Positions 39,450 through 53,859 of a stretch of DNA of 64,000 nucleotides are shown here, one piece after another (positions within the stretch are counted from its first letter, which is position 1; the number at the start of each line of letters is the position of its first letter). The translations under genes were made by a program, and so were the position numbers. The notes under the pieces are model-generated. The model saw only the letters and a program-made list of their open reading frames with translations. It did no database searches and was not told the origin of the DNA. Origin of the DNA: Antedon mediterranea (lineage: Eukaryota > Animalia > Echinodermata); NCBI RefSeq assembly GCF_964355755.1, contig NC_092670.1, forward strand, positions 7,120,201 to 7,184,200. Direction: 5' to 3'.

Positions 39450-39740
39450 TCTTGACATAATTTATTTCAGGTTTCCGTGTACTGTAAATAAGCTTATTGT
39501 TATCATTTTTTTTAAACTTTTATTTTACTTACTGTATTATGGACGCACACTCATTCAAGAAGTGTGACACTGTTTCAAAACTATTACTTTTGTTAATGTT
39601 ATTTTTTTATAACATAATTTAATTTAAGTTTCCTTGTACTGTAAATAGGCCTATTGTTAAATAATTTTTTCCCACTAACTTTTATTTTACTTACTCTGGA
39701 CGCACCTACATTCAAGAAGAGTGCCACTGTTTCAAAAGTG
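39450..39740. repeat. Tandem duplication with ~155-bp unit, 2 copies
   Basis: gtttcc.tgtactgtaaata..ttcaagaag..cactgtttcaaaa occurs twice. Confidence 0.7.
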
Positions 39741-40033
39741 TAGCTTCCAAATAAATTATTATATGTTGGCATTTGTTTCCTACTAATTAGAAAAATAATT
39801 AATAAGGTTCGGTTTGCGATACATCATGTGTTTCCAAAAGTTAGAGGTGTCGGGCAACACTAGCCCTTCATCAGTGCAAGTGAAGGAATTTGGATAACGT
39901 CATAGTATAAGAACTGGCTGGGTGGACAGGAATAAAAGAAATACAACAAAAGGAGACAGGGTGGAGTCTGAATAAGAGTAGAAAACAAAGAAGGTAGCTT
40001 GGTAGAGATATAAACAATTTTGGAATGAAACTA

Positions 40034-42016
40034 AACAAGGCCATATAGATGGCTGCAGCCGCGTGCTCATTAGTGTTTACCGACCAACCTACCAACTGAC
40101 CGAATTTACTGTACATTTATATTTTTTTAATTTACACTTTTGACGTGCTCGTATAACGTAATTTCGAGTTGAAAAGTAAGTCAAGAAACAGAAATCGGGC
40201 AAATAGAGTGCGCAATAACATTTAACGCGCAGTGCGCGCGCAAAAATCTGCGCACTCATGGCAATTTTGTAAACGCTTAAAATTGCCTGGAACGTACTCT
40301 TATTTCATCTTTAAGCGCGTACGCATGCGTTACATGCGCTACGCATGTAATTGTATTGCCATATGATGATTTATGCCCTGAAATTTATGAGTACCAAATT
40401 TTATTTAACTAGATGGTACGCTCGCTTCGCTCGCGTACCATCTAGGTCGTGCCCACAGATGGTTCTCGAATACACAGTAATTTCAGCGTAACAAAACTGG
40501 CGATTTCAAATGTACGTACCGCAGGACTATAATACATTGTTGTTTACAGAAACGAATAAATAGACACGATGATTTATGCAGTCAACTAAAATTAGCACCC
40601 TGGGAATTACTTCCGAAGGAGAAACTTATCACAAAATGAGTCCAAACTTTTGATTTGGACTCATTTAAAGAAACCCAATTTGTGTTTTGTATGGGTTTTT
40701 TTATATTAGGGTTGAGGGACGGGAAAGCGGATAGGTACAAAGAGGAACAATTTTTAAATATATTCTTTATCCACTCAGTAACGAAATATTTGTTTCGTGT
40801 TTTATAGGCCTATAAATAATATACCTCTAAATACAGTAAAACATTTGCGATTTAATACTTTGTTAAAACTGTCACTGTTATAATCGATTGAAATATTAAA
40901 GTACATGTCACGATACACCACTACGACGTTTATTTTATTGGTAATTATTAATTAATAAAAACGTTGAGAAGTAACTGTCAGTATAAAGTTTATTTGTATA
41001 TAATAATGTGTTTATATATATAACAGTAGATCTTATCCACAATCTCAGTAATAAAGTTTATCTGTATATATTTTTATATTACATCTAACAGTACGAACAT
41101 TCACAGTAGGAAATGTTCGATTCAAATGAGGACTAAAAATATTTAATAGGTATTTACAGTATTGTCAAAGTATTGCAAGTTTATTCTCAAAGGGCCCATA
41201 TATTTACCTACCGTATGTGTTAAACCAAGGGCTCATAAATTTACCTACTTGTGTTAAACCAAACTCTGGCAGACTGAGAGATTGGGATGTTCCATTCATC
41301 GCAAATCAATACATTTGTATAATCGTATATTAAATCTATCAAAATAGTATTTTTTAAAGAAAATCGGCCTGTCGTCAACATTATGATGGTGTACTCTAGC
41401 TGTTCAACCGGTTTTCAGCTATTAAAAACAATTATCGTAGGAGGAGATAGGAAAATGCGAAGCCTCCTCGCATTTTTGTGGCGGGTATTTTTCAAGATGG
41501 ACATCCATTAGACAGTGTATACCACGATCGGAAAACACCCCTATTTGGGGCAAATCGTTGAACCTAAATTCGTTTTAATCGTCAATAACTAATTATCTAA
41601 CTTAATTTAATTAGTAAACAGGGTTACATCAGGTGGTTAAAATCAGTACCGAAAGTACGAACCAACTTTATATACCATCGAGTAAAAATTCTAGAAGTAA
41701 GGCGCGATTTACCGAATTTTGCCCTTACGTAAATTTATATATAGATTGTGATTCATGGTTGTGAAGATTACAAACGTGATTTAGTTAAATGGTGCGTAGA
41801 CCGCGTAATTATATATTGCGCACCGTGAAAACATACCCACATCGATTCCTGGCCATAAGGAATATACTGTGAAAAATTGACTTAGCTTGATTAAACTGAT
41901 ATCAAGATAAGGTCAGAAAGCGATAAAACGCATAGTGATACCGGACCGACAGACAGACCGACATACCGACCGACCAACCGACATAGTGAACTATAGAGTC
42001 GCGTCCACGCGACTAA
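40034..42016 (-). mobile_element. HINE 'U' with (GTCG/GTCT)n microsatellite, inserted in the Penelope 3' region
   Basis: Hairpin AGTCGCGTCCACGCGACT at 41997-42014, ccga/caga microsatellite, degenerate subTIR agccgcgtg and hairpin gccat-atag-atggc at 40040-40065. Confidence 0.6.
40409..41745 (-). mobile_element. Non-autonomous Helitron (family X, subtype 2)
   Basis: TC..hairpin-CTAG, inserted at an A|T site, no TSD. Confidence 0.85.
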
Positions 42017-42075
42017 AAACAGCTTAAATGGTGGTTAATATTGAAACTTAAATTTTGGTAGTCAATGGAATAATT

Positions 42076-43212
42076 TTAACGATCTGGGAGTATGTTCCTA
42101 ATGTTAAGTCCAAAAGGTTTTGTGGTTTTAAGTTGTAATTCCGAGTGGTTTTCTTTGTCTTTGCGAGTTTTGTCGCTCCATTTGACATCGTGGTCTATTG
42201 CAATAACTCTGAAATTTGCAATCGAGTGAATAGCTGAATTAAAATGTTTGGCTACAGGTTGATCAAGCTTTAATGTTTTGATAGCTGATCTGTGTTGTGT
42301 CATTCCCATACGGAGAGTGTTTTTTGTTTCCCCGACGTACTGTTTGCCACATATATTACAGTATATGAGATAAATGACGTTTTTGGTTAGACAATTAATT
42401 GATTGTCTTTTCCGAAAAATGCGGCCAGTTTGGTTGCTCTGAAATTTGTCAGTAGAATCAACCAATGAACAAGTTTTGCAAGATTTTGCTGTCATGAGAG
42501 TTAATTTCACTCTTAAATATGGATCTGACTAATATATCACGAAGGGTGGTTCTGGAAAAACAGTCCTGAGACGTTCTGTGGACTGTAGAATGGGCATATG
42601 TTTCTCAATAATAGCCCGTAATGGAGGCAACCTAGGGTGATAGGTTGTGACCAATGGCACTCTGGTCGAATTTGGCTGACGTGGTTTATACGTCAGTGTT
42701 TGACATCGAGGAATATCTTTTGCTTTCTTTATAGCAGTTTCGATGTTTTGCTTCTTGTAATGTCCGGTTAGTTCTTCGGTACGATTCTGAAAATCTAAAT
42801 CTGAAGAACAGATACGTCTGATACGTAATGCTTGACTGTACGGTATGTTTTTAGTACAGTGTCGGGGATGACAACTGCTAGGGAGCAGGTACATATTTTT
42901 ATCCGTGGGTTTACGGAATAGGTCAGTTTTGAGTTACCATTTTCTATGGTCACTATAGTGTCCAAAAAAACCAACGCTACTAGTGGATTTGGTAGCTGTA
43001 AATGTGATAGTTGGGTGCGCTGAATTAATATTGAGAAGAAAGATTCCAAATTATCTTCACCATGGGTCCAGGTCATGAAGAAAGATGTCGTCAATGTATC
43101 TAAACCAAACAAGTGGTTTATTAGGTTGGAGGGTCAGAAAATTGGCCTCAAATTGTCCCATAAATAAATTTGCAAAAGATGGCGCCATTTTTGTGCCCAT
43201 CGCTGTGCCATG
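42076..43212 (-). mobile_element. Penelope-like retroelement, 5'-truncated and frameshifted (RT plus GIY-YIG endonuclease)
   Basis: [69 protein letters not shown]. Confidence 0.9.
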
Positions 43213-43270
43213 AATTTGAAGGTAATGATCATATATATACTATATTATACAAATAATGTATATCCCACAG

Positions 43271-43525
43271 ATCAAGAAGCTCCAGATATTATCAATTGTC
43301 CAATGGATTTGACAGTTAACACGTCTGCTGTTGAGGCATTTGCAATCAATGTCACATGGGTTGAACCTACAGCTACTGATAACTCTGGAGAGACTCCGGT
43401 ACCAGTAGCAGACTACACTTCTGGTGATAATATGTTTGGAATTGGGAACACAACAATCCAGTACAATGTCACGGATTCAGCTGGTAACTTTAATGATAGC
43501 TGCAGTTTTGTTCTTTATGTTGAAG
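43271..43525 (+). CDS. HYR exon (type C)
   Basis: DQEAPDIINCP..VTWVEPTATDNSG..TDSAGNFNDSCSFVLYVE; 255 nt, phase 1-1. Confidence 0.85.
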
Positions 43526-44504
43526 GTAAGAGTGTACCTTATATGACAAAATTAGATTTTATTTTTTTATTTATTCAGGTATAAACACATTTACATTATA
43601 ATATGCAGCAACAGCTAAATCGGCTGGATTAAAATAACAAAAAACAAAGCATAAAACAGAGCAAATTACAAGATTCGTGCTAAGTACGGGATTGTTGATT
43701 TCCTATACCTTTCAGTACGGCATCTGCATCAATCCAATTGTGCAAGTATTGTTCCTTAATCTGAAATTCATATTAGACTTATATTGAGGTAACATATTAT
43801 CCCAAAATTGTACAGACTTTAAAAGGCTCTCTCCAAACGTGTGAAGAAGATTTTGTTGTCATTGTTGTGACAATAGAATATTGAAATATTCATTCACAAA
43901 CCATGAGTACATTAGTTTGTTAGTAATAATTTCATATTTAGTCTTAACTAACTTTTTATTATCATCAATCGAAAATATCTATATCCTTAATAATTCGTTT
44001 CCACTGAATTGGTATTGCCTTGATACACAAATAGGCCTACTCATTTTAACCAGTTTTACATTTCAATAGTATTTGGTTCGATGTTAAAAATGTGTTCTCA
44101 TTAACAATGCCATTAATACGAATAATGCCACTGGCAATCCAATGGTTGTAGAAAAACGTTTTTTTAGTTTAACGAAGTGCTTTCCCAAAAGGTGCTCATT
44201 CATTATTATAAGTTTCAAGTTATTTTTAGAGAATATATAATCTATGTAAGCGTTTATCATTTTTTTTTTGTAAAACAGTGGAATATCATCGGAATAAACA
44301 TAAATAATTCTAGAACATTAAATATTAAGTAAAATATTAACATCACATATTTTTTTTAAATAATAATACATTGAAATGCTTTTCCATTGAGCACCATCAT
44401 TGTTCCTAATTCTTTTTAACCAGCCATGTAGTGGATGGCTTGCCTTGTTACAATTTGAGCTACAGTAATGTGGTTAAGTCAAATGCAATTTATTTTGGTA
44501 ATAG

Positions 44505-47500
44505 ATTGACTGAACTGAACTGAACTTTTATTGTATCTCTTTTAAATCAGAGGCACAGTCTCAATGAGATGTGCAACAAGTTTACAGTGAAAAATAAAAC
44601 ATACACACTTAAATATAAATACAAAACAAGAAATTAGACATAAGAACAAAATTACAAAAAAAAAATTTAAGAAAACTGAGACAGATTAAATACTAAGAAA
44701 ATGAGTAAATTAAGTTTGAGAAGGAATTGTATTATATATATCATTTCGTGTGTTCCAAGCCATGGTCAGAAAAATTTTGCAATGTTTGTCGAAAATAATA
44801 CTTGCTGATTCGTATACATCATGGGTCAATTGATTTGGTGTAATTTTAAATTCATTATGGATTTCAAGATCATCAAAGAATAAGTGGTATTTAAGAGAGC
44901 TAGTAGTAAACAATTCCCAGAACATGGATAGATTTTTGTTGTTTAGCTCATCTTTAAGGTTCATGAGTATTTGTTGTCTAACGTACTCAAGTCGTTTGCA
45001 TTCAAATACGAAATGATATACAGCTTCCTTTTCATTACAATTACACAATAAACATATACCTGCATTTTGAGGTGACCATGCTTCTTTTCTACCTTCAAGT
45101 GGTAGAGAATTGGAGCGAATTTTAAATTTTAGGTTTGAAGCATGGTAGTTACACTTATCTAATAAGTATTTTTCTAGTTTTGGTTCATTTTTATACCTTA
45201 TATAATTACTTAGTGATGGTTTATTCTTATTTCATCTTATCTCTTATAGTGTTTTTTTCTTTGAAACCTTTAAGCCAATTATTAGCATATTCTAAGTTAA
45301 AATGTTTTTGTATATCACAGTTGATTAGAATAGATTTTATATTATGTAGCCAATTCCAATTTAAAGTGTTTTCAAGTGCAAAGAGCGCTCTTAGCAGAAC
45401 TTTTGGTAAACGACCTTCCTCCTTGTTTTTCAATCTTTTGAAGTAGGAAATTCCTCTATCCGATAGTATGGACTCAATCGATTGCCATCCAAGTTCACCA
45501 TAAAGGGCTTCCTTTGCAACATACCTTGTTGCTTTTAAAAGATATTTAGCCATTTGATATTGCATATTTTCAATTTTTTGGATAGATGTTTTGCTTTCAC
45601 AAAACCAAAAAACGCATGCATAGGTTATACTTGGTATTCCAATGCCTTTCCAAAGTATATTACCATACATAATTCTATTGAAATCATTTTGTTCATTTAT
45701 GATTGATTTTATATATGCAATAATTCTGTTTCCTTTTTTAATCGTTTCATCTATATGGCATGTATCTTTTAAATGTCTTGATTATGTGCATGCCTAGGTA
45801 TTTATACGTGTTGGCTTCAACTATAAATTTATTACCGATTGGCCATTTTCTATGTTTGTTAATGCGTTGGTTGGTTACAATTACATATGATTTTTCAAAA
45901 TTAAATACCATTTTAAATTTTGTTGCAAAGTCGTTTGCTGCTTTCAATAATAATTCTAGATCACTTTCACTATCTCCAATTAGGATTATATCGTCGGCCC
46001 AGAATAGGTTACCAATCTTTTTATCAAATATATTAATGCCTAAATCTCTGTCCTTACTAATTTTGTTAAGTTCATTTATGTATATATTAAATAGAATAGG
46101 AGAGAGTGGACAGCCTTGTTTGACACCTTCATCAATGTTGAAGATGTCAGTTTTGTATTCACCAAAGGAGACTTTTCCTTTTAAATTTTTATACAGATTT
46201 GTAATAATATTTAACATTTTTCCCTTAATACCCATGTTTTTACATGCATAAAACAACCCATCTCGCCAAACAGTGTCAAACGCTTTGCTGAAGTCCATAA
46301 ATGCAAGAAATCTCTTTTTTCCCTTCCGCTTAGCGACAAGCAATTATACTTTTTAATATAAAAATATGGTCTTCACACCTTTTATCTTTCCTAAACCCAC
46401 CCTGAACTTCCGATAACAAATTATGTTCTTCAATGAAGTTTGACACTGCTTGAGAACTAAGTTTATTATATATTTTAGATACAGTAGAGTTTAAGGTTAT
46501 GCCTCTGTAATTACTTAACTCTTTGCGATCTCCCTTTTTATGTATTGGTATAATCTTACCAATGTTCCATTCCTCGGGTATAGTTTCAAGTGTAGATAAT
46601 TTCTTAAATAACTTATATAATGCTTCTACAATTTCTGAACCTCCATTTTTCAATAGCTCATTGGTTATTGAGTCATCACCAGGACTCTTATTATTTTTAA
46701 ATTTTGATATAGCATATTCGATGTCTTCGTTAGAGAAAATAAATTGTTCTAATAATGGTGAGTTATCACCAATGGTATGTCGTAATAGAGGTTCATGATA
46801 AAGGTAATTATTGTTAGTACTTAATTTATGTTTATTAATACTACTAAAGTAAGTTTTTAATGAGTCTTTAATACAATTTCTATCAGAAGTAACATTTTTT
46901 GTACCTGGAATAAAGATAGAATTAGGTGTGACTACGGGTGTTTTATCTTTCAGCTCGGACCAAAAATCTTTGCATTGAGACCCCCCTTTATTCATAATTT
47001 CGGAACATCTATGTACTTTCTTTTGTAATATTTTTTGTTTTGTTAGTGATTTGCATTGTTTTCTTATTTCTTGGTAATCATCCCATAGAGAATCGCATAC
47101 CTCTTGTTTAAATGTATTAGTATTTTTAGTTTTTTGGTAGATTCTATGGGATCTACAAGCATCTTTCCTTTTTTTGATACAACTGTCAATTTCTTCATCA
47201 TACCAACAATTACGTTTTTTATTATTATTCTTACTCGCTTCGCTCGCGTACCATCTAGGTCGTGCCCACAGATGGTTCTCGAATACACAGTAATTTCAGC
47301 GTAACAAAACTGGCGATTTCAAATGTACGTATCGCAGGACTATAGGCCTATAGATTGTCGTTTACAGAAACGAATAAATAGACACGATGATTTATGTAGT
47401 CAACTAAAATTAGCACCCTGGGAATTACTTCCGAAGGAGAAACTTATCACAAAATGAGTCCAAGTTTTTGATTTGAACTCATTTAAAGAAACCCAATTTG

Positions 47501-49790
47501 TGTTTTGTATGTAACATTAGGGTTGAGGGATGGGAAAGCGGATAGGTACAAAGAGGAACAATTTTTAAATATATTCTTTATCCACTCAGTAACGAAATAT
47601 TTTTTTCATGTTTTATAGGCCTATAAATAATATACCTCTAAATACAGTAAAACATTTGCGATTTAATACTTTTTTTATTTTATTTATTTATTTATTTATT
47701 TTAAATATTCATTGTACACTAATTTTCCCCGTGTATGGCAAGAGATTCCTAATTATATTGGAGAACATTCTTTATTTAGTTTAGTTAAAACTGTCACTGT
47801 CATAATCGATTGAAATATTAAAGTACCATGTCACGATACACAACTACGACGTTTATATTTGGTAATTATTAATTAATACAAACGTTGAGAAAGAACTGTC
47901 AGTATAAAGTTTATTTGTATATAATAATGTGTTTATATATCTAACAGTAGAGCCTATCCACAATCTCGCAAGTTTATTCTCAAAGGGCCCATATATTTAC
48001 CTACCGTATGTGTTAAACCAAGGGCTCATAAATTTACCTACAGTACTTGTGTTAAACCAAACTCTGGCAGACTGAGAGATTGGGATGTTCCATTCATCGC
48101 AAATCAATAGATTTGTATAATCGTATATTAAATCTATCAAAATAGTATTTTTTAAAGAAAATCGGCCTGTCTTCAACATTATGATGGTGTACTCTAGCTG
48201 TTCAACCGGTTTTCAGATATTAAAAACAATTATCGTAGGAGGAGATAGGAAAATGCGAAGCCTCCTCGCATTTTTGTGGCGGGTATTTTTCAAGACGGAC
48301 ATCCATTATACAGTGTATACCACGGTCGGAAAACACCCCTATTTGGGGCAAATCTTGGAACCTAAATTCGTTTTAACCGTCAATAACTTATTATCTAACT
48401 TAATTTAATTAGTAAACAGGGTTACATCAGGTGGTTAAAATCAGTACCGAAAGTACGAACCAACTTTATATACCATCGAGTAAAAATTCTAGAAGTAAGG
48501 CGCGATTTACCGAATTTTGCCCTTACGTAAATTTATATATAGATGACCCAATGTGGTTTCAGCTACCGTAATTAAATTATTTTTCCATATCCTCCTTGCT
48601 TCATTTGCGTTTAGATTTGAGGTGTCCCAGTTTTCAAATTTGTTTTTAATTTCTTTCCTGAAAGGTTCCCAGTCAGTATTTTTATCTATATTCCAAGTAA
48701 CTTTATTGTTTTTAATCACCTTTTGTTTCTTATTGTTTATTTCTAAATTACTATCACCAATTAGTTCTAACAAATAGTACATTGTGGTCACTTCCTAAGT
48801 GGTACATATACAATTCATCTATAAACAGTCCTTTAGTAATTTCATAAACGGTTTCTGATACTAGAATGTAGTCTAAAATGCTGCATGAGTTACCGTTTAC
48901 CCAGGTAAATTTACCACTACATTTTGTGCTACTGTTTAATATAATAAGATTACTGTCCTCACTTAAATTCAACAGGCCTTTACCATTATTGTTTAGTAAC
49001 ACATCTCCTTGTAAAATGTTATTGCCAATTTTACCATTGAAGTCTCCTAGTACAATTAATTTTGAATTTTGGTCTTGGTTTTGAATTGAAAGTATCTCTG
49101 ATAGTAGTTGCGAATAGAGCTCAGATGATAATTGTCTATTTGTACCTTCACAAGGAAAGTATACTACACATAAGGAATATATAGAATCGGTATTACTGGT
49201 TAAATGAACTTTAATCCAAAGTCTTTCTAGATCATCTGACTTTGAGTCAAATAGGTTATCATTAATTATTTTAATGCTTTGTTTAAGGAGGAAGCCAATT
49301 CCACCCTGGCTTTTCTTTAATGCATTTAAACGATTTTTACCAATCCAGATAAAGTTAGGAATTTTTATATCTTCATTGTCTTTTAAAAAAGTTTCTGTTA
49401 TAATTCCAAATATTTCAATATCCTTATTGGTGTGCAAAAGCCTAGCTACCTCATATTTTTTTACTTTTATAACCTCTATTATTATTATATATTATTTTAA
49501 AATTTGATTTATTGACCCTGGATTTCTTCTTACTTCTCCTTATTTTTTTGAATTTTTTAGTTTTGTATCTTAATTGATTATTACAGATGTCATTCGGAGT
49601 TGTGTAAGTTTCATTGACTATAATCATATTGTGGTTGGTTGGTATATCTACTTTATAATCTAGAGTGATATTATTTTCATCAGGAAGGATATTGAATCTG
49701 TTGTTAATATTAATTACACTATCATTTACTTTTTTGTCTACGTTAGTTTGACAAACAATACCAATTATTTTTGGCATTCTCTTCTTTTCA
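44505..49790 (-). mobile_element. APE-RT non-LTR retrotransposon (possibly RTEX-like, clade uncertain), frameshifted and interrupted by a Helitron
   Basis: APE (TET, LGDFNG, LDYIL, SDH), RT (DFSKAFD, QGCPLSP, WADD), C-terminal C..E..HF..C motif, 3' (TTCAG)n tail at 44510-44525. Confidence 0.85.
47234..48543 (-). mobile_element. Helitron family X (subtype 2), 3' hairpin half deleted
   Basis: Colinear with 40409-41745; sits between LINE ORF fragments. Confidence 0.85.
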
Positions 49791-49874
49791 AAATATATTG
49801 AATGTTCAATCTTAGAAATTTAAAGTGGCAATCTTTGTTTAAGTAACTGTAACTTGTTTAATTTTTTTTATCAG

Positions 49875-50102
49875 ATAATGAAAATCCTGTTATAGACAAT
49901 TGTCCAAATGATACTTTAACTACTGAATTACAAGCTGCTAAATTGTCTTGGAAAGAACCCACAGCAATGGACAACTCTGGGATATGGAATCTTACAGTTT
50001 ATATGGAATCTAATTTCTCAATAGGTGATAACACGGTAACATACATTGCAGAAGACCCATCTGGTAACACAGCTACCTGTTTATTTACTATCACTGTAGG
50101 AG
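49875..50102 (+). CDS. HYR exon (short type)
   Basis: DNENPVIDNCP..SWKEPTAMDNSG..AEDPSGNTATCLFTITV; 228 nt, phase 1-1. Confidence 0.82.
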
Positions 50103-50498
50103 GTATGTTTAAAATACTAACTAAGGTATTATTTGTACCTACCTATAAGTGAAACATTAATATACAGTATTTAACCATTAACAATCATTAAGAAACGACC
50201 ATAGGCTATATCTTGAAAAATATATCTAGTAAAACTATACGTAATCAATCAAGTAGACCCAAACATAACAATGTAGTAAGTAAGGTGAAATTTTAGAAGT
50301 TAAGAATGTCATGACAATTATTTTATTTTAGTCTGTATTTTTTTTCTTTGGATTAATAAATGAAATGAAATATGAGACCTATTACAAATGTAATTTATGT
50401 TTGTTTGATTGTTGTAAAAACTGATTACAACTTAAATCTTTAAAATATTCCAAGAACTACTCAACTGCCAATGATACAACCTTGTTTTGATGTTAATT

Positions 50499-50864
50499 GA
50501 GTGAGTCATATGGCCGAGGGGTTAAGGCAGGGGCGCCGTTTACCGTACCTAAAGAGCCAACAACAACATTGGCAAGGGTTCGAGGCCGACTCGCTCCTAG
50601 TTCTGGTGGTGGAACAAGTCTTCTCGGATAAGGACTATAAACCGTAGGCCCAGTGTACACAGTTATAACCTGTGTGTACTTTAAAGAAACCCAGTTCATT
50701 ATTCGAAAAAGAGTAGGGGGTTACCCCGGTGAACTGGTTCACACAATAGCCCCTGTATCAGGGGGATTACCACCTATCTGATAGGACAGTGATTAATTCA
50801 CTATTGGTAATCCTTGGCCACATTGCCTAAAGACATGAAATAAAATAAATAAATAAATAAATAA
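50499..50864 (+). mobile_element. DeuSINE, related subfamily with a different 3' body
   Basis: A/B boxes, same Deu-like core, (aaat)n tail. Confidence 0.75.
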
Positions 50865-51397
50865 ACCCTGAATCTAGTTGAAAATTGTAATTGTGATGCT
50901 GTATAGTTATTTTGTATTCTCTCTTGTAAGATTGATATGATTTATGCTACGGTAGACCTAAGGCCTAGCGTAACATCAAAGCGAGTGAGGACTTTAAAAC
51001 TGCTATTTATCTAAATTGACCTGGCATTTTAGTAAATTACTTTAGTAAATTACTTTCAATAAATCTATAATTATATTATTATCATGAATCATTCCTAATT
51101 AAAATGCAAAATGTGCAAAATAGATCAAAAACTATACTCGTTTTGTAGTTACGAATGACTGGTGATATTCATCAACACGAATACGCTTTACAAATATGAA
51201 ATGGGGATCAGCTCAAAAGTTTCACAAATGTATGACGTATCCGTTTTTGTTATCGTATTCGTAAGGTTGCGAAACCTCCCTAATAACATTACCAAACGTA
51301 TATATAAACTTTCTATACCATTAAGTAAACATTTTAGAAGTTAATAACTGATTTACCGAAATGTGTCTTTTATATATTGATACGTTTCTATTTGAAG

Positions 51398-51502
51398 GTA
51401 GCTGTTTAGGCAAATGTGGTAGGTTGGACAAAAACTGTTATTGCGATAACGTCTGTGAAGAACTTAACGACTGTTGTCCGGACTATTTATTGCTGTGTCA
51501 AA
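51398..51502 (+). CDS. Somatomedin B exon 2
   Basis: GSCLGKCGRLDKNCYCDNVCEELNDCCPDYLLLCQ; splice sites intact. Confidence 0.75.
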
Positions 51503-51632
51503 GTAAGTTTTTATTATTTATATATCCTTATATAATGTAATATGTAAATTCTTTTATTAAATTTCAAACCGCCTGGCGATATAGTGAAAATTAATTAATT
51601 ATTCAATTTGAAACGATAAGTAAACTACTGTT

Positions 51633-53212
51633 TCTATATATAAATTTACGTAAGGGCAAAATTCGGTAAATCGCGCCTTACTTCTAGAATTTTTACTCGA
51701 TGGTATATAAAGTTGGTTCGTACTTTCGGTACTGATTTTAACCACCTGATGAAACCCTATTTACTGATTAAATTAAGTTAGATAATTAGTTATTGACGAT
51801 TAAAACGAATTTAGGTTCAACGATTTGCCCCAAATAGGGGTGTTTTCCGATCGTGGTATACACTGTCTAATGGATGTCCATCTTGAAAAATACCCGCCAC
51901 ATAAATGCGAGGAGGCTTCGCATTTTCCTATCTCCTCCTACGATAATTGTTTTTAATAGCTGAAAACCGGTTGAACAGCTAGAGTACAGCATCATAATGT
52001 TGAAGACAAGCCGATTTTACTAAAAAAAATACTATTTTGATAGATTTAATATACGATTATACAAATGTATTGATTGCGATGAATGGAACATCCCAATCTC
52101 TCAGTCTGGCAGAGTTTGGTTTAACACAAGTAGGTAAATTTATGAGCCCTTGGTTTAACACATACGGTAGGTAAATATATGGGCCCTTTGAGAATAAACT
52201 TGCAATACTTTGACAATACTGTAAATACCTATTAACTATTTTTGGTCCTCATTTGAATCGAGCATTTCTTACTGTGAATGTTCGTACTGTTAATGTAATA
52301 TAAAAATATATACAAATAAACTTTATTACTAAGATTGTGGATAGGCTTCACTGTTAAATATACAAATAAACTGTATACTGACAGTTCCTTCTCAACGTAT
52401 GTATTAATTAATAATTACCAATAATATAAACGTCGTAGTGGTGTATCGTGACATGTACTTTTACTAATTAAATTGAGTTAGATAATTAGTTATTGACGAT
52501 TAACACGAATTTAGGTTCAACGATTTGCCCCAAATAGGGGTGTTTTCCGATTGTGGTATACACTGTCTAATGGATGTCCATCTTGAAAAATACCCGCCAC
52601 AAAAATGGGAGGAGGCTTCGCATTTTCCTATCTCCTCCTACGATAATTGTTTTTAATAGCTGAAAACCGGTTGAACAGCTAGAGTACAGAATCATAATGT
52701 TGAAGACAGGCCGATTTTCTTTAAAAAAATACTATTTTGATAGATTTAATATACGATTATACAAATGTATTGATTGCGATGAATGGAACATCCCAATCTC
52801 TAAGTCTGGTAGAGTTTGGTTTAACACAAGTAGGTAAATTTATGAGCCCTTGGTTTAACACATACGGTAGGTAAATATATGGGCCCTTTGAGAATAAACT
52901 TGAACAATACTGTAAATACTATTTTTGGTCCTCATTTGAATCGAACATTTCTTACTGTGAATGTTCGTACTGTTAGATGTAATATAAAAAATATTTACAA
53001 ATAAACTTATTAATGAGATTGTGGATAGGCTCTACTGTTAGATATATAAACACATTATTATATACAAATAAACTTTATACTGACAGTTCCTTCTCAACGT
53101 TTGTATTAATTCATAATTACCAAAAATATAAACGTCGTAGTGGTGTATCGTGACTTTAATATTTCAATCAATGTGACAGTTTTACCAAAGTATTAAATCG
53201 CAAATGTTTTAC
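51633..53212 (+). mobile_element. Helitron family X, internally duplicated (restart near 52461), 3'-truncated
   Basis: 5' TCTATATATAAATTTACGTAAGGGC end; body repeated twice; no CTAG hairpin. Confidence 0.8.
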
Positions 53213-53342
53213 CTTTTGGAAGCGACTCTATAGTTCACTATGTCGGTCGGTCGGTCGGTCTATCGGTCTGTCGGTCTGTCGGTCTGTCGGTCCGGTATCA
53301 CTATGCGTTTTATCGCTTTCTGACCTTATCTTGATATCAGTT

Positions 53343-53622
53343 TAATGATGTTATCAACATAACTTCTCCAAATTATCCTGACAACTACGATAACAATGAA
53401 AACTGCGAATGGATCGTAGAAAGCCCTCAAAATACTGGAATTCTACTCACGTTTTATGATATAGAGCTAGAGAGCTGTTGCGACTTTTTGATTATAACCT
53501 ATGTTGACGTCAATGGCGAGACATTACTTATAGAGTGGAATAGTAACAACTCTCTTCTGGTTACAACACACTTGAATATAACTTTTCAAACTGACTTGTC
53601 AGTTGTTAACAGAGGGTTTGCT
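53343..53622 (+). pseudogene. CUB exon-1 copy lacking both original splice sites
   Basis: Near-identical to 14190-14472; fused to a HINE-U fragment on the left and a Penelope fragment on the right. Confidence 0.8.
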
Positions 53623-53859
53623 CATAGCTGGGAGCTGTGAAGGAGCAGGTTCATATTTTTATCCATGGATTTACGGAATAGGTCAGTTTTGAGTACCATT
53701 TTCTATGGTCACTATAGTGTCAAAAAATCAACGCTACTAGTGGATTTGGTAGCTGTAAATGTGATAGTTGGGTACGCTGAATTAATATTGAGAAGAAAAC
53801 ATTCCAAATTATCTTCTTCACCATGGGTTCAGATTATGAAGATGTCGTCAATGCATCTA

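Noticed and set aside
44710-49777. Host genes on the minus strand
   Set aside because: The ORFs are frameshifted pieces of one LINE; the overlapping + strand ORFs are antisense shadows.
53341-53639. Fourth functional CUB exon
   Set aside because: The available cag acceptor gives an immediate TAA in phase 1, the first Cys and the original donor are missing, and the reading frame ends in TGA.
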